In this document: positions 1 through 11,590 of the stretch, piece after piece | How positions within the stretch are numbered: position 1 is the first letter of the stretch | Layout: every line of letters begins with the position of its first letter | Assembly: GCF_026930045.1 (NCBI RefSeq) | Contig: NC_072731.1 | Span: forward strand, 138,010,156-138,074,155 | Length of the DNA stretch: 64,000 nt | Reading direction: 5' to 3' | From: Uloborus diversus | Taxonomy: Eukaryota | The notes under the pieces: generated by a model | Told to the model about the DNA's origin: nothing | What the model saw: only the letters and a program-made list of their open reading frames with translations | The model's database searches: none | Made by a program: the position numbers and the translations under genes

Positions 1-379
1 CTCTCTTTTTTTTTAATTGTAAAATACCTTTGAGACTATCTTGACCACTACAGTATTTTTAGGTCTGAGGTTCAATAGTTATGCTGCATTGAGAATAATT
101 CATGAATTAGCACTGAAAGAGCTTCATATTATGAAAAGTCAGAAAACTTCATTTGGTCAATTTCATTATTATGCAAATTGCTGAACAATAAACGAGAAAG
201 GCCACACAAGCATTTTCTATTGTTAACTAAAGTGAATTTCGTTATTTTTTTTAATTAAATTTTTTAAGCCCTTTTTATCAAGTATTTATTGTTTTTTCTT
301 AGCTCATATTGCAACTGTTCTGTTGTTTAAAGCTTTGTTGATAAGAAATACTTATTTGTTTCTATGCTTAATATTGCAG

Positions 380-455
380 CTCTACACCCAGTGGACCTGC
401 TTCTGATCAGATTCAAGCTGTAGTGACCCTTGTTGGTGATAATATTAGTCATGCC
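380..455 (+). CDS. Host gene internal exon (product unknown); translates ...STPSGPASDQIQAVVTLVGDNISHA
   Basis: Open frame bounded by polypyrimidine tract + AG acceptor (ttaatattgcag|C) and GTAAGA donor (GCC|gtaaga); ends in phase 0 and joins in frame with the next exon; codon usage is protein-like against AT-rich flanks. Confidence 0.45.
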
Positions 456-769
456 GTAAGAGATTTTTGTATAATCTTTTTTTTTATTTTTATGTGTACA
501 GCAAGTTTAGAAGTACTGCATTTTGTAAAAATTAAAATTTTCTTATATTTCATTCCTTAGAAACACATTATATTCCAAAATTCAGCAAATGTTTCCTGCA
601 TATTTTCAGAATATTTCGGTACCTATTCCAAATAAACATTTGATCATAATTAATGTGTGATTTTTTTTAATATCTGTACAGTGTATGTTACTGTTTTGTG
701 TGTAGTTACCTAACAAAATTTTTTTTTATGTATTGTGCATTGATACATAAATTTATTCATCTTTTTCAG

Positions 770-853
770 GACATACACTTAAAATTACATAAACATGCAA
801 TACCATCTCATCGAACTTTAGTACAAAATGATTGTCAATGGAAACTTCAGCAG
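770..853 (+). CDS. Host gene exon; DIHLKLHKHAIPSHRTLVQNDCQWKLQQ
   Basis: Acceptor catctttttcag|G, donor CAG|gtattt; 84 nt, phase 0/0; lies inside six-frame ORF 698..934. Confidence 0.45.
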
Positions 854-933
854 GTATTTGTTTTGATTTTTCTGATTCTTATGCATAAAATATTATGCAG
901 TTTTATCAATTCTAAATTTCAACTGTGCAATTG

Positions 934-1165
934 AGGCAATGAGACGCAAAGGAATGCTAGTGGACTATTTTAAGTTTCGAGTAAAACATGTTCATAAATC
1001 AGATCCTATGTAGGCTTTCATTGAAATTTTTTTCTAAATCATGCTATACGGCAGCACCTACCAGGGCTACTAGTACAATCTCTTGCCCCAAGACAGAGGA
1101 GGGATTCACCTACCATTTGTACTGGTTATCTACAAATTTTTAATTTTGCCACATTAGTCTCATTT
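934..1165. mobile_element. Degenerate copy of a short MITE family (TIR ~GAGRCAGTGAGAAGCAAAGGGATG...)
   Basis: Left TIR and internal core (ctaccagggctactagtacaatctcttgcc) match the copies at 4650..4897, 58287..58398 and 63745..63899; the right TIR is decayed. Confidence 0.5.
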
Positions 1166-1998
1166 TTAGCCTACTTTCCCAGTAAAAGTCAGAGAAAGAA
1201 GAAAAAAGTATGAAAGAAGGCTTAATGCATCTTAAAAATATCCCGAAAAAAACAAAAAAAAAGTCAAAAATAAATAAAATAGTTAGATAAATATTGAAAA
1301 ATTAAAAATTGGAAAGTAGGGTATTGAGATGGGGGAAAATGTCTGTCGGTCTGTGTCCCCCTAATAACTTTTGAATGAATAGTCCAATTCGAACAAACTT
1401 TTTCTTGTTCGAAAGATCTCGGCGAGGATACCTCATTCCCATATTTCACTTTTTGATTTGAACTATTTTTTGTTCAATTTTGAACAGTTAAAAAAAACTT
1501 AACATTAGCGCTTACGGGGAAATTCAAGGCAATTCCGAACTGTGAAGCGAATTTGCTTCAAACAAACTTTGTAGAAAAAAACTTTTGATGAAAAACTTGT
1601 ATATAAAATATCTTTTTGATTTGAACAATTTTCCGTTCAATTTTGAACAGTTCAAACTCCTTAACATTAGCGCCTAGGGGGAAACTGAAAGTCAATTTAG
1701 ATTCTGTGTTTGAAGGCGGATTTACTTCAAAACAATTTTGTTGGAAAAAGCTCTTGACGCCAAACTCCAGACTCTGATTCCGAGAATTTAGGGGCACCTG
1801 ACTCCGACTTCGTTCTTATGCCCGATAATTAATCGGGCTCCGACTCCCCGACTTTGACTCTGATTTCTTAGCTTTGGCAAACATTTATACACGGAGGACA
1901 GATGACTGAGACTGACTCCGATTCTTGGCTATTTGACTCCGACTACTTTATCCCAAAATGAGATTGACTCCAACTCCACAGCTATGGTTTTAACTATG
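1143..1998 (-). repeat. Copy A of a ~850-bp dispersed repeat. It is rich in GAGTCG hexamer runs and carries an internal ~180-bp tandem duplication. It is inverted relative to copy B at 57347..58186
   Basis: Reverse-complement identity to 57347..58186 over about 850 bp. The six-frame ORFs 1264..1449 and 1558..1797 are mirrored by 57896..58093 and 57547..57786. Confidence 0.8.
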
Positions 1999-2751
1999 AA
2001 ATAATTATTGTTGATATGACTTGTTTTTATTTTCACGCTAAAGTTTTAATTTAGGTATTCAGTTTTTGGCGAATAAACTCGAAGTCATTCATGTTTCTAC
2101 ATAAAGGTATGCACAGATGTTTTTTTTTTTTGACAATGAAAATTATTTCTTTAAGTTGACCAGGGTTCGTACGCTCCTTCAAAACTCCTTCATTTGGGAT
2201 TTTTTTTTGAAGGGCCCTTCAAACTCCTTCATTTTCGTTTGAACTCCTTCAAAACTCCTTTTTTAGTTCAAGACCATATAATCTCCCTCTATGACAGTAA
2301 CTTATAACACTTTGACCAACAATTAACTTTGTCACAAGGGCGATTTTAATGTAGTAATTTCGTACATTTATTTTTTTCATAAAGATGTGATTTACAAATT
2401 GATCAGTTTTAAGTCGTAAAAGTTGAAGGCGAAAATTTTTTTAGAGGACTAAAACATTTCATAAGTGAAGTAAAACATGCTTAAATGGTGCTTTTCTAAT
2501 TTTTCAAGTTTTATGATTATTGTTTTTTCCTCCACCACATTCTCAGCAGCAAAAGTCAGGTTGTCTAATTATTATTTAAATATTCAAAACTACATAGTTA
2601 GATGTCCTACATTAACTGATTGTGTTAAAAAACAAATTGTTTAGTAAATTGCAGTTATGATATAATAAAAAGGGTCATCCACAAGTGATGTCATGCCTAG
2701 AGGATGAGACGGGCTCCTGAAATTCAGACGTGACAAAAAGTGACATCACAT

Positions 2752-3800
2752 CATGGGCGGATTTATGAAGGGTCAGAGGGGGGGCAATGCCCCCCCAGTT
2801 TTGGAAGGACTTTATGTAGTAACAACACATCTTCCAAAAATTAAAAAAAAAATCATTATTTTTTCGTTTTTGAATAGTTTAGAAGAGCATGGGTGAATTT
2901 ATAGGGGGGAGGGGACAATGCCTCCCTCCCCAATTTTGGGAGGGGTTTATATAGTAACAACTTATCTTCCAAAATCTTATAACAAAAAAAAAAAATCATG
3001 ATTTTTTTCTTTTTTGAATTGGAAATTAAAGTTTATTTTTTCTTTTAAACTTAAAATAGCCGTTTCTTACAAAGTTTGAACAATACTGCACAAGTGTATA
3101 ATCTACTACTCAATTTCAGAGACTGGAAAGTGCAAATTATTGATAGGTTCTAAAATCCCTGAAAAGAATTGGCGTAGTATATCCTACAAGGGCTCTTGAA
3201 CCAAAAACCCAATCTAACCAACCAAACCTTGAAAATAATTAGACAAGTCTTTGAAACTCCTAAGCAAAGTGTGCTTCAATTTCATTTCTTATCAAGTGTA
3301 TATAAATTAAGAATTGTTCAAATGGGTAGTATGTTACTCTCTTGATACCTATTCTCTAAATCTGTGCACCATTTCTTTTAAAGTATTAACTTTTATCACA
3401 AAGCACTTTTAAAGCGTAAAACTTAAAAAAAAATATTTGCCTATTATTACCAATTAACCCTTATAAGACTTAAAAATGCAGAATTTTATATCCATTTTAG
3501 ATCATTTCCTCCGGGGGGGAGTAACCCCCAGGACCCCTAAAACTGGAGATATTCTATATCCCACTTAAAAGGGAGCACTGCATTACTTTATTAATACCAG
3601 CCCCCTCTCTTTTAAGGTCAATTTAAAAAGGACAGCATGATTACACACAGTAATGAAAACGACACATAAAAAAGAAAAGAATGGCCTTACGCATCACAGA
3701 AAACAGACAAAAACATGGGGGGGGGGGGGGGGGCAATTAAAAATGTTGCTCTAAAAAAAAATCCTACCACCCCAGGAACTCAGTCCTAAATCCGCCTATG
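2752..3800. mobile_element. Non-autonomous DNA transposon (hAT- or P-like), internally deleted member of the CATGGGCGGATTTATG-TIR family
   Basis: Termini catgggcggatttatg / cataggcggatttagg (inverted). A perfect 8-bp TSD CATCACAT lies at 2744..2751 and 3801..3808. The internal sequence is homologous to the ends of the 5.3-kb copy at 37082..42410. There is no long ORF. Confidence 0.7.
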
Positions 3801-4649
3801 CATCACATAGTTATTGTAACAATATGTTTATAATAAATACGACATGTGTCAAGAGGAGGAGTTAGCTGAAGTGTGACACTTTGTGATAATGGGGAAGGGG
3901 GTCAAATATGTTGAAAAAAAGTGCGACATCATTTAATGACAGCCCATTAGTACTCCTTCAAAACCTCATATCACTCCTTCAAAACTCCTCCAAAACTCCT
4001 TCATTTTATTTCTGAAATTGAGTACGAACCCTGGTTGACATTTTATTGTTTTTGTTTATTTTGGTAATTGCATTAATTCATTTAAAAAATTATTTTTGGC
4101 AACAGGGAAAAAGAAACGATTTTTTTTGATATGATGTATTTATTTTAATAAACTTATTAATTTTAATTATTATTTTTCCGTTTTGAAAGCTGTTAAAGAA
4201 TTTTTTTAATGGAAAAAAGTGTATAAGCTGCTTTGTTTAAAAAATGCTGCTTTTTTTTTTTTTTTAAAGATGAGTGAGGAATATTTTATTTCTAGAAATC
4301 AGCTTAAAATATTAAAAAAATATTTTTGAAACAATTTGCAATTTTAGCTATTTTTGAGAATATTGATCAGGTACTAGAAAGTAGTATGGGTATAAGGGAA
4401 AGTAGGCTCGTTTAATTCTAGACAGAACTTCTTGTAAAGTTTACATTAGTAGATATATTTTACAGTAAATAAAATGTGGGGTCAATCAAATTTTTTGAAG
4501 GAAAAAAAAGTAAGGCTGTCTACCTGTAGATGTACACTGCCCTGCTAACCACAAAAGTCATATCTACACTTTTTGTCAAAATTGAGTTATGGTCACCATG
4601 TGGTTTTTTGTCACATACATCACCTAACTACAATGTTTTATGGTCATTT

Positions 4650-4897
4650 GAAGCAGTGAGAAGCAAAGGGATGTAAGTGGCAAAATTACAAAATTGGAGA
4701 TAACTAGTACAAATAGTAGGGGAACATTTTCTCTGTCTTTGGGCAAGAGATGGTATTAGTAGCCCTGGTAGGTGCTGCTGTACAACATGATTTAGAAAAA
4801 AAAAATCTAGGAAAGCCTACCTAGGACATTATCTTTTTATGCATTTTACTCAAAACTTGAAAATGTCCACTTACATCCCTTTGCTTCTCACTGTCTC
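4650..4897. mobile_element. Complete MITE (~248 bp) of the short MITE family
   Basis: About 30-bp TIRs: ...cagtgagaagcaaagggatgtaagtgg at 4654 and its reverse complement ccacttacatccctttgcttctcactg at 4867..4893. The internal core is shared with three other copies. Confidence 0.7.
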
Positions 4898-6900
4898 ATT
4901 TGTGAATGGTAAATATTTTTAAAAAATTCAGAAACAGTTGCATAAAACTTTAAACGGCAATTACTAATTTTGAACTCAGCTGCAGATACGACTTTTGTGC
5001 TTAGCATGGCAGTATACTCAAACCTGTAATTTGATGAATTGAGAGTTAAATAAACTGGGAAACAAATGGAACAATAGCTTTAGTTAACCTAATCAAGTCA
5101 ATTCGCAACGTTAAGGTCGAAGTGTTTATAGCACTATTGTAATGCACTTGACACAGAACTAGAAGGTTTAGACTTCTAATAGTAGCTTTTAATCCTTATT
5201 TTGAAAATATTTTAATTCCCAATAATTAATTCCAAATGAAGCCACTGCGAAGCGTCATAGGCTTTAGCTTGTATGTGTACTTATGTGCATTTTCCCTGTG
5301 CTATATATCTCTCATTGTTTTTTGCTTTTTTTTTAAATGTGTCTTAGAAAGTCTTTCAGAATATTTTATGAAGTTCCGAAAACTTTGTTTGTCACTGAAT
5401 TACCCCTTGTGACATGTTGCCTAAAATCAATTACATTATTTCAAAGTAAGCTCTCAATTTTTATGTGGATAATATCCGAGTAAAATCACATCCAATGAAT
5501 GCTCCTTGCCAGAATATTCACATCTGAGTGTTTAGTGTTATTTCAGACAATATTGAAGAAGCCATGAGCAAAACTAATCTCTATTCGCCTATTAGAGTAC
5601 TGTAGAAGCGGGTGACTATGGTACAATTTTATTACATTTTTAACCATAATTACTCAATAATTTTTCGAAAAAAAAAATGAAAGTGCATTATTATTATAGT
5701 TTAGGACATTGGATTTCGATTCAGATCCTAAAATAATTTTGAAACTTTACCCACACCCCCTCCAGAGCAATTTTTTCTTTGTACTTTTCTCACCCTCTCA
5801 TTGCGGGTGAGAATGGTACAGCACATGTTTCAACGTTTTCATATAGGTTTTGGTGGTTTGTACCACCCTCTACCTCTCTTATATTTTGACGGGAGAGTTG
5901 TAGATGTAAGTTATGCTGAAAATTGAACTTTGAAGAGTCAGGTACATCATAAAATCGAGATAAAACAAAGGCTTTATTTTCTTCATAATTTTTGAAGATA
6001 GATGCCAAATCATATCATCTTTTTCTGGCCACTGGCAAAATTTACCTCGTTTTTACATTGTTGAAACTTCCAACTCACTTTCATCTACCCCCGAGATTTT
6101 TCCTGGGTAATTTTTCCCCTGATAACCCAACGCACCCTCCAAAATTTCGACTAATTACTGTACCACACTCACTCTCCAAATTGTAAACTTTACACATTTG
6201 TAACTGTAGCAACATCAAAATGTTTTAGTTTTGAATGAAAATTGTAGATAACTTTCTTTATGTAATATGAAAGCGAAAGGTACTTACAAAAGTGCGATTC
6301 CTCCTGCACTAAAAGTCCACCAACATGAATTTCCGGGCTACCTACAAGCGCGTAGCACCAGTTGCTCACAATAAATAAATTCACAATCACTCGGTTATTC
6401 ATCTAGCGGGCCGTTTTGACAGTTATAACAGCTCTCTCATGACCAGAGACGGTTGCACAATAGTTCCTATTGAAACTGAGCTAGGACAGAATGCACTACA
6501 AGCGCTTATTACCTCAAAACTGAGGTTTGTATCATTCTCACCCTCTAAACCATTCTCACCGGCTTTTATGGTAAGTAATTTTAAAACGAATCAATCCTGT
6601 GAATCCTTATTATGTCATAAAAAGTTTATAATAAAAAAATTTAATTATTCTTTTATTTATTTATTTATTTATTTTTTGGCTGAAATCAATACGCTTGACC
6701 AGGATATTGATGTATTTTCTGGTACCACATCATTTCTAAACAAATGTATATTACTGTTTACCTAATTTCATGCTTATAGTATTTGGTTCTCTTTAGATTT
6801 ATAACAAGAGTTTCCTTCATGTGTTTGTCCAGTTAATTTAAACTTAAAACTTATTGGTTACTGCATTATGAAACAAATCATGTGATCATTTTCTATTTAG

Positions 6901-7011
6901 ATTCAAGATGCTGGAAACCACCTGTCTCAAGCTTTGCAAATATTTTCTTCACTGCCAGAGATAACTGCAAGTGGTAAACTAGATTTTCATTCTGCAGATG
7001 AAGTAGTTCAT
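6901..7011 (+). CDS. Host gene exon; IQDAGNHLSQALQIFSSLPEITASGKLDFHSADEVVH
   Basis: Acceptor ttttctatttag|A, donor CAT|gtaaga; 111 nt, phase 0/0. Further exons between 853 and 6901 cannot be excluded. Confidence 0.5.
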
Positions 7012-8372
7012 GTAAGAAATCTCAAACCTTTCATTTTGTATTTCTGATGATAGTTCTTAATAAATTTCAGACATTTTAATATGTTAGCAATTGTCCTTTA
7101 ATTATGAATAAATTATATTGCATTATAATTTCATTATTAATTCCTTTTTTAGGGGGGGAATTACAGATAACCAGAACATAAATATACAGTGATTTTTTTT
7201 AAAATTTATTTTAAAGTCCTGTATATTACTCAGTTCATTTTGATATGGAAAAAAGAAATCCTGCTTCATTTATTTATGAAGTACATTCCGATTTTGGCAG
7301 GACAGTCCTGCTGACCAAATGTCCTGCCAAAATGTTTTGTTTTTCCTTTAAAGTACCGCTCAAGTCCTGATTTTGTGTTAAAGTACCACAAAAAATGTAA
7401 ATAAATTAAATCATTCAATACTTTTAGAAAGTATTCATCATTTTAATGAAGTTTAGTTTTTTAAGTGAAATTACGGCTATAGCATAATTTTTCTTTTATT
7501 TTTATTTTGTCCCTTTGACTTCACTGTAAACAAGAGCAACTGTGTGTGTATGTTACATGCACATTTGAAGTAAATTGAAGGGCTGTTAGACTCTGTCCCC
7601 CTTTCAGTTTTCGACCTTGCACCGGCCCTAAAGAGAAGCAGATATCTTAAGAACAACATCATTTGATATAATATGGCATAAAATAAATTCGGTGCTTTCA
7701 TCTAATTTCTACCTGACCATTCACAAAAAATATGCCTGTATACAGTCAATTATTATATTTTAAATAACTACATAAGATATTTTTAATTATTATTAAAAAA
7801 TGCACATGCTAGTGTACCCCATCATTTCTAATGCCTATGGGCCTATTAATATTTACTCCGATCCTGTATAAATATTTTGAGCTTACAAATAACTGAATCA
7901 CTGCAAAATGCAATAGGTGTTTTACCAAATGTGAATCTTGCCACTGGAGTTAGAATCTTGTGATACAATTCAACCATAGGCATTAGAGATTTGACGCCAT
8001 GGAAACAGAGGCACAGAGGTGAGAGGTTCCTTTCATACAGTAAATCTGTATCTTAAAACCAGATCAACGCAAATCACATTATCACTACTTTGCAGGAGAG
8101 CTTAAAAATGTTTGTTTGGTGCATGCGTACAAAGGTTTGGACTAGTGCTGTTGTAACACTAGTAAATAATGTCAAAGGATTTTTTTTTAGCAGAATTATG
8201 TTATTATAACTCAATGCAGAAAATTTTCGACATATTATGCAGTAATAACCTGAAAATCACTATTTTCGGACTTACATTAGTCTGGCCTTAGGGTATAGAA
8301 ATATGAATTGATGCTTCCAATCTGATGGAGATTTTTCTTATGAGCAGTCTCATTGGAATGGTGAGCTCCTTG

Positions 8373-9379
8373 CAGGGCTGGCAAGTTTCTGCCAGGGCGG
8401 TTAAAACCACTGGTAGAAACCGGTTAAAACCGGCATGGCAAAAACCACTTTCTGCCACATTTTCGACCAAAACTGGCAAAAACTCTCAAAATGACAAAAA
8501 AAAAAAAAAACTATTGACAGACAGTAGAAAATGCATGGAAAAAATAATTAATTGTTAACCAAAGCACAGTTTAATTCACAATATTATCACAATTCAGAAT
8601 CAAATGGTACATTGTTTGGACCCTTCAGTTGCTTCATGGAAAAGGTGGTTCCAAAAATCTAAATAGTTTCTCAATTTAATATGCACGAATGAGAAACTTT
8701 AGAATATTCTTGCAACAAAAGAGCTAGCAGGCTCTTTTGTTGCAAGAATAGTCTAAACTATCAAGTATCTATTGTATCAAGGAACAAGCAATATTCATAA
8801 AACATTCAAATTGTATTTATATTTTTTAAACTGGTCCATCATGTAGTAACTAGGGTAGTGGTAAAAATTCGACTGGAAAAATGAGTTTCGAGAAGTGGGG
8901 CCAATTTGTTTTGCAAAGCTGTGACATTAAGTAGAAAATCTAGATTAATATTGGCAAGTAAAATTTGACACTTTCTTCTGGAAGCACATGATAATTTCAA
9001 TCCCAAGCAATTTAGATGAAGCTTATTTGTGAGCAAATTACAAACAGTAATGCCAGTTTAATTTTTTATGTCACTCCTCTATCCTAAGAACCCTAGGATT
9101 TTCGTCCTTTGTTAGATTAATCCAAATAATACGAACATCAGCAATTGAAAAGTTCCCTTTCTGAACTAAATCAAGGGCACTAGCATAACATTTTATTTTT
9201 TATTTTTTAAATGAAGTTAAATTTTTTTGTTTATCTAAACAAATATCATTTAGTAATTACTTTAGTTTTTTAAGAAGATTTTAAGTTTTTGCCAGTTTCT
9301 GCTGGTTTTAACCGGTTATAACCAGTTTCTGCCACTGGCACGGCAAAAACTAGTTTCTGCCGGCAGAAAGCCAACCCTG
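8373..9379. mobile_element. hAT-like MITE (1007 bp) in an intron of the host gene
   Basis: TIRs begin CAGGGCTGGC... / ...GCCAACCCTG and extend about 90 bp with rearrangements. A perfect 8-bp TSD GCTCCTTG lies at 8365..8372 and 9380..9387. There is an internal 19-bp-arm hairpin at about 8700..8750. No ORF. Confidence 0.7.
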
Positions 9380-9530
9380 GCTCCTTGTGGAGAATAAGAC
9401 AGTGACTGCTTTGGAATCAAACTGTGAATTCTTCTGAATTTAATTGTTTTTTTCTTTTTATTTAATAATTATCTGCTTTTGTAGACTCAATCTTTTGATG
9501 GACTTAACTCAGTAACATTTTCTTCCATAG

Positions 9531-9629
9531 GTCATGAATAACCTTATGGGGTGCTTGCAAAGAGGAAGAGCTTGTCTATTGATTCCAAAGAAGCGCACCA
9601 TTAATGAGCTTCAGCATAGTCGCAACATG
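9531..9629 (+). CDS. Host gene exon; VMNNLMGCLQRGRACLLIPKKRTINELQHSRNM
   Basis: Acceptor ttttcttccatag|G, donor ATG|gttagt; 99 nt, phase 0/0. Confidence 0.5.
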
Positions 9630-10372
9630 GTTAGTAACTGTCCCTTTTAAAAATTCTTAACCCAATATCCCCCCCCACCCCTTTTTTTTGTAAGGAGTAT
9701 TTTTACAAAATTTTTATTAGTAGAAATTTTGAAAGAAAGTTTAAAGAATGTTGTCTGAGATAAATGAACATTTTGATCAAGTCTTTTGATGTTTGGTTGA
9801 AATGTTTCACAAAATCTATGCTCTGTTTGAACTTATTTTCCCCCTAATGAATTTTTTTAAATTAAAACATTTTGATTCTTCCATTTTGATCTCTGAACCA
9901 CCTTATAATCATTAATATAACTGTCATGTAATCTAATGTTCATGATGTTTTTAATTAAATATTGCAAATTGCTTTTTGAAGAAAGTTTTTACATCTATGA
10001 GCCATTACAGGTGTCGAATTGAAGTTGATTTTAATATTTATTTTAAAAAGACTTTTAAGGTTTGATGCATTGAAAAGAGATAAAATGGAGGGAGTGAAGA
10101 CTTTCATTCTAGAAGGAAAGACCTCAAGTTACGTGATAATTTTAAAGCAAAGCATTGGAAGAAATCAGGTTTCCTTCGCTAGTTTCATGCAAAACATGTC
10201 AACCATTCATCGTTTATTGAGTCACGTGACTTGAGCTCTTTGCCCAATCTTTTGCTTAGCCAATGATTGGACTAGCTCCCTCCATTTACAATTCCTGCTC
10301 TTCGATTTGAAGGCAACCAAATTTTGAATTTTAGAAAAGGAAAAAAAAGTTTTTGATGGTGAACTCACTTAA

Positions 10373-10385
10373 CCGTTTACCCGCC
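10373..10385 (+). repeat. piggyBac-like left 13-bp TIR, preceded by the TTAA target site
   Basis: Sequence ttaa|ccgtttacccgcc. Confidence 0.7.
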
Positions 10386-11120
10386 AATGTTCCAAAAATG
10401 GAACATCATATTTAAGTGAAAATTTTCCCAAGAAATAACGTTAAAATAAACAAGTTTTTTTTAACACAGTTTAGTCTTATTTCAAAGTATTTTTTGATTT
10501 CCTGCTTGATTGTTTATATGTTTTCAATTATTTATTGCGATTTTTCAAAGATGAGTGTTTTTTTAGCTTTTTGCAACTTTTTCTTATAAAATTTACCAAA
10601 AATTGACTTTTTCAGAAAATGTGATGATCATTATTATAGTTGAGAAAAATACTTCAATGTACGATTTTAAAATGCTTGTCGAAATGTACATTGATATTTC
10701 CGAAAAGTGTGCCCCTTCAAAATAGCATGTTCCAATTTTGGAACATTGGCGCTTTTAGGGAGTCAAATTTCCAAGAAGTAAATCGTTCGACTTCCAAGGG
10801 GAAATTTCATTTTTCGTAATATATGTTTCTTTTTTTTTCTCATTTTGAATGTACTCTGATGTAGATGTTGGCAAAACCAAGTTTATATTTTGAAAGGATA
10901 TGACGTTTCGTTAGCAAAGAAAATAATAACAGTCTTCTGTTTGACGGACTATATGGCTCCGAATCCACACCTGCTCGGACAGCTGCATTGTCACGTGATA
11001 ATAAAAAATAATATAAGTGAGCGTTTTATTCTTCATATTTTAAATGCAGTTCAATAATTCGCTAGCTTTGCTTTCGAGCGAAACGAAATTCTGTTTGACG
11101 TATACCAACTGTTCATAAAT

Positions 11121-11445
11121 TGATTCGGCGATATTCTAAGTGGACTGTAAGTTTTGTTTTCAGTGATGACTAATTGCTTTAAGAACATGATTCCAGTAAT
11201 CATTTCCAGCTAACCAATATAGCTGTTCAAAATTTAGGGACGAATACCCTGTTGCAAAAGAAAGCTATGCTCCGTAGCAGGAGCTCTACAAAAACACAAC
11301 CATATTCGAGCAAGTCGGCGAACAAGCTGAAACCAAAAACAGAGCTAGGCGCGCAGGCTGCGTTGAATTGTTCTTCGGAGGCTCGCAGACGATTTCTAGA
11401 GTCCGTTAAACAATCAAGGCTTGTCTGTAGCGTAATGACGCAACA
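11121..11445 (-). repeat. 3' LTR of the BEL/Pao element (325 bp)
   Basis: It matches 16953..17312 with about 1 substitution plus one 35-bp indel. On the plus strand it starts tgattcggcg and ends cgcaaca (TG..CA in element sense). Confidence 0.9.
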
Positions 11446-11590
11446 TACCGGCCCCCGTTGAGATGTCTCAACATGCAATGAGATTACAATCTGGACTAAA
11501 TATATAAACTAAGATAAATTCAAGTATGCAAAATAATATAAGACAAAAATACAAAATAATAAGAAAATTTGAAATTTCCATGAATACTAA

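Noticed and set aside
1264-1797. Conserved ORF pairs 1264..1449 / 57896..58093 and 1558..1797 / 57547..57786 as possible genes
   Set aside because: The conservation is explained by the ~850-bp dispersed repeat. The ORFs span an internally tandem-duplicated non-coding segment and have no start or splice context.
6439-6765. ORF 6439..6765 followed by a gtaagt donor, as a candidate host exon between exons 2 and 3
   Set aside because: It overlaps an inverted-repeat element (ctcaccctct...gggtgagaatggtacag motifs at 5795, 6140 and 6520), has no acceptor, and its composition is repeat-like.
11227-11478. Six-frame ORFs inside the LTRs (11252..11461 +, 11227..11478 -, 17119..17322 +)
   Set aside because: They are duplicated identically in both LTRs because they are LTR sequence. 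Their composition is low-complexity and LTRs of BEL/Pao elements are non-coding.
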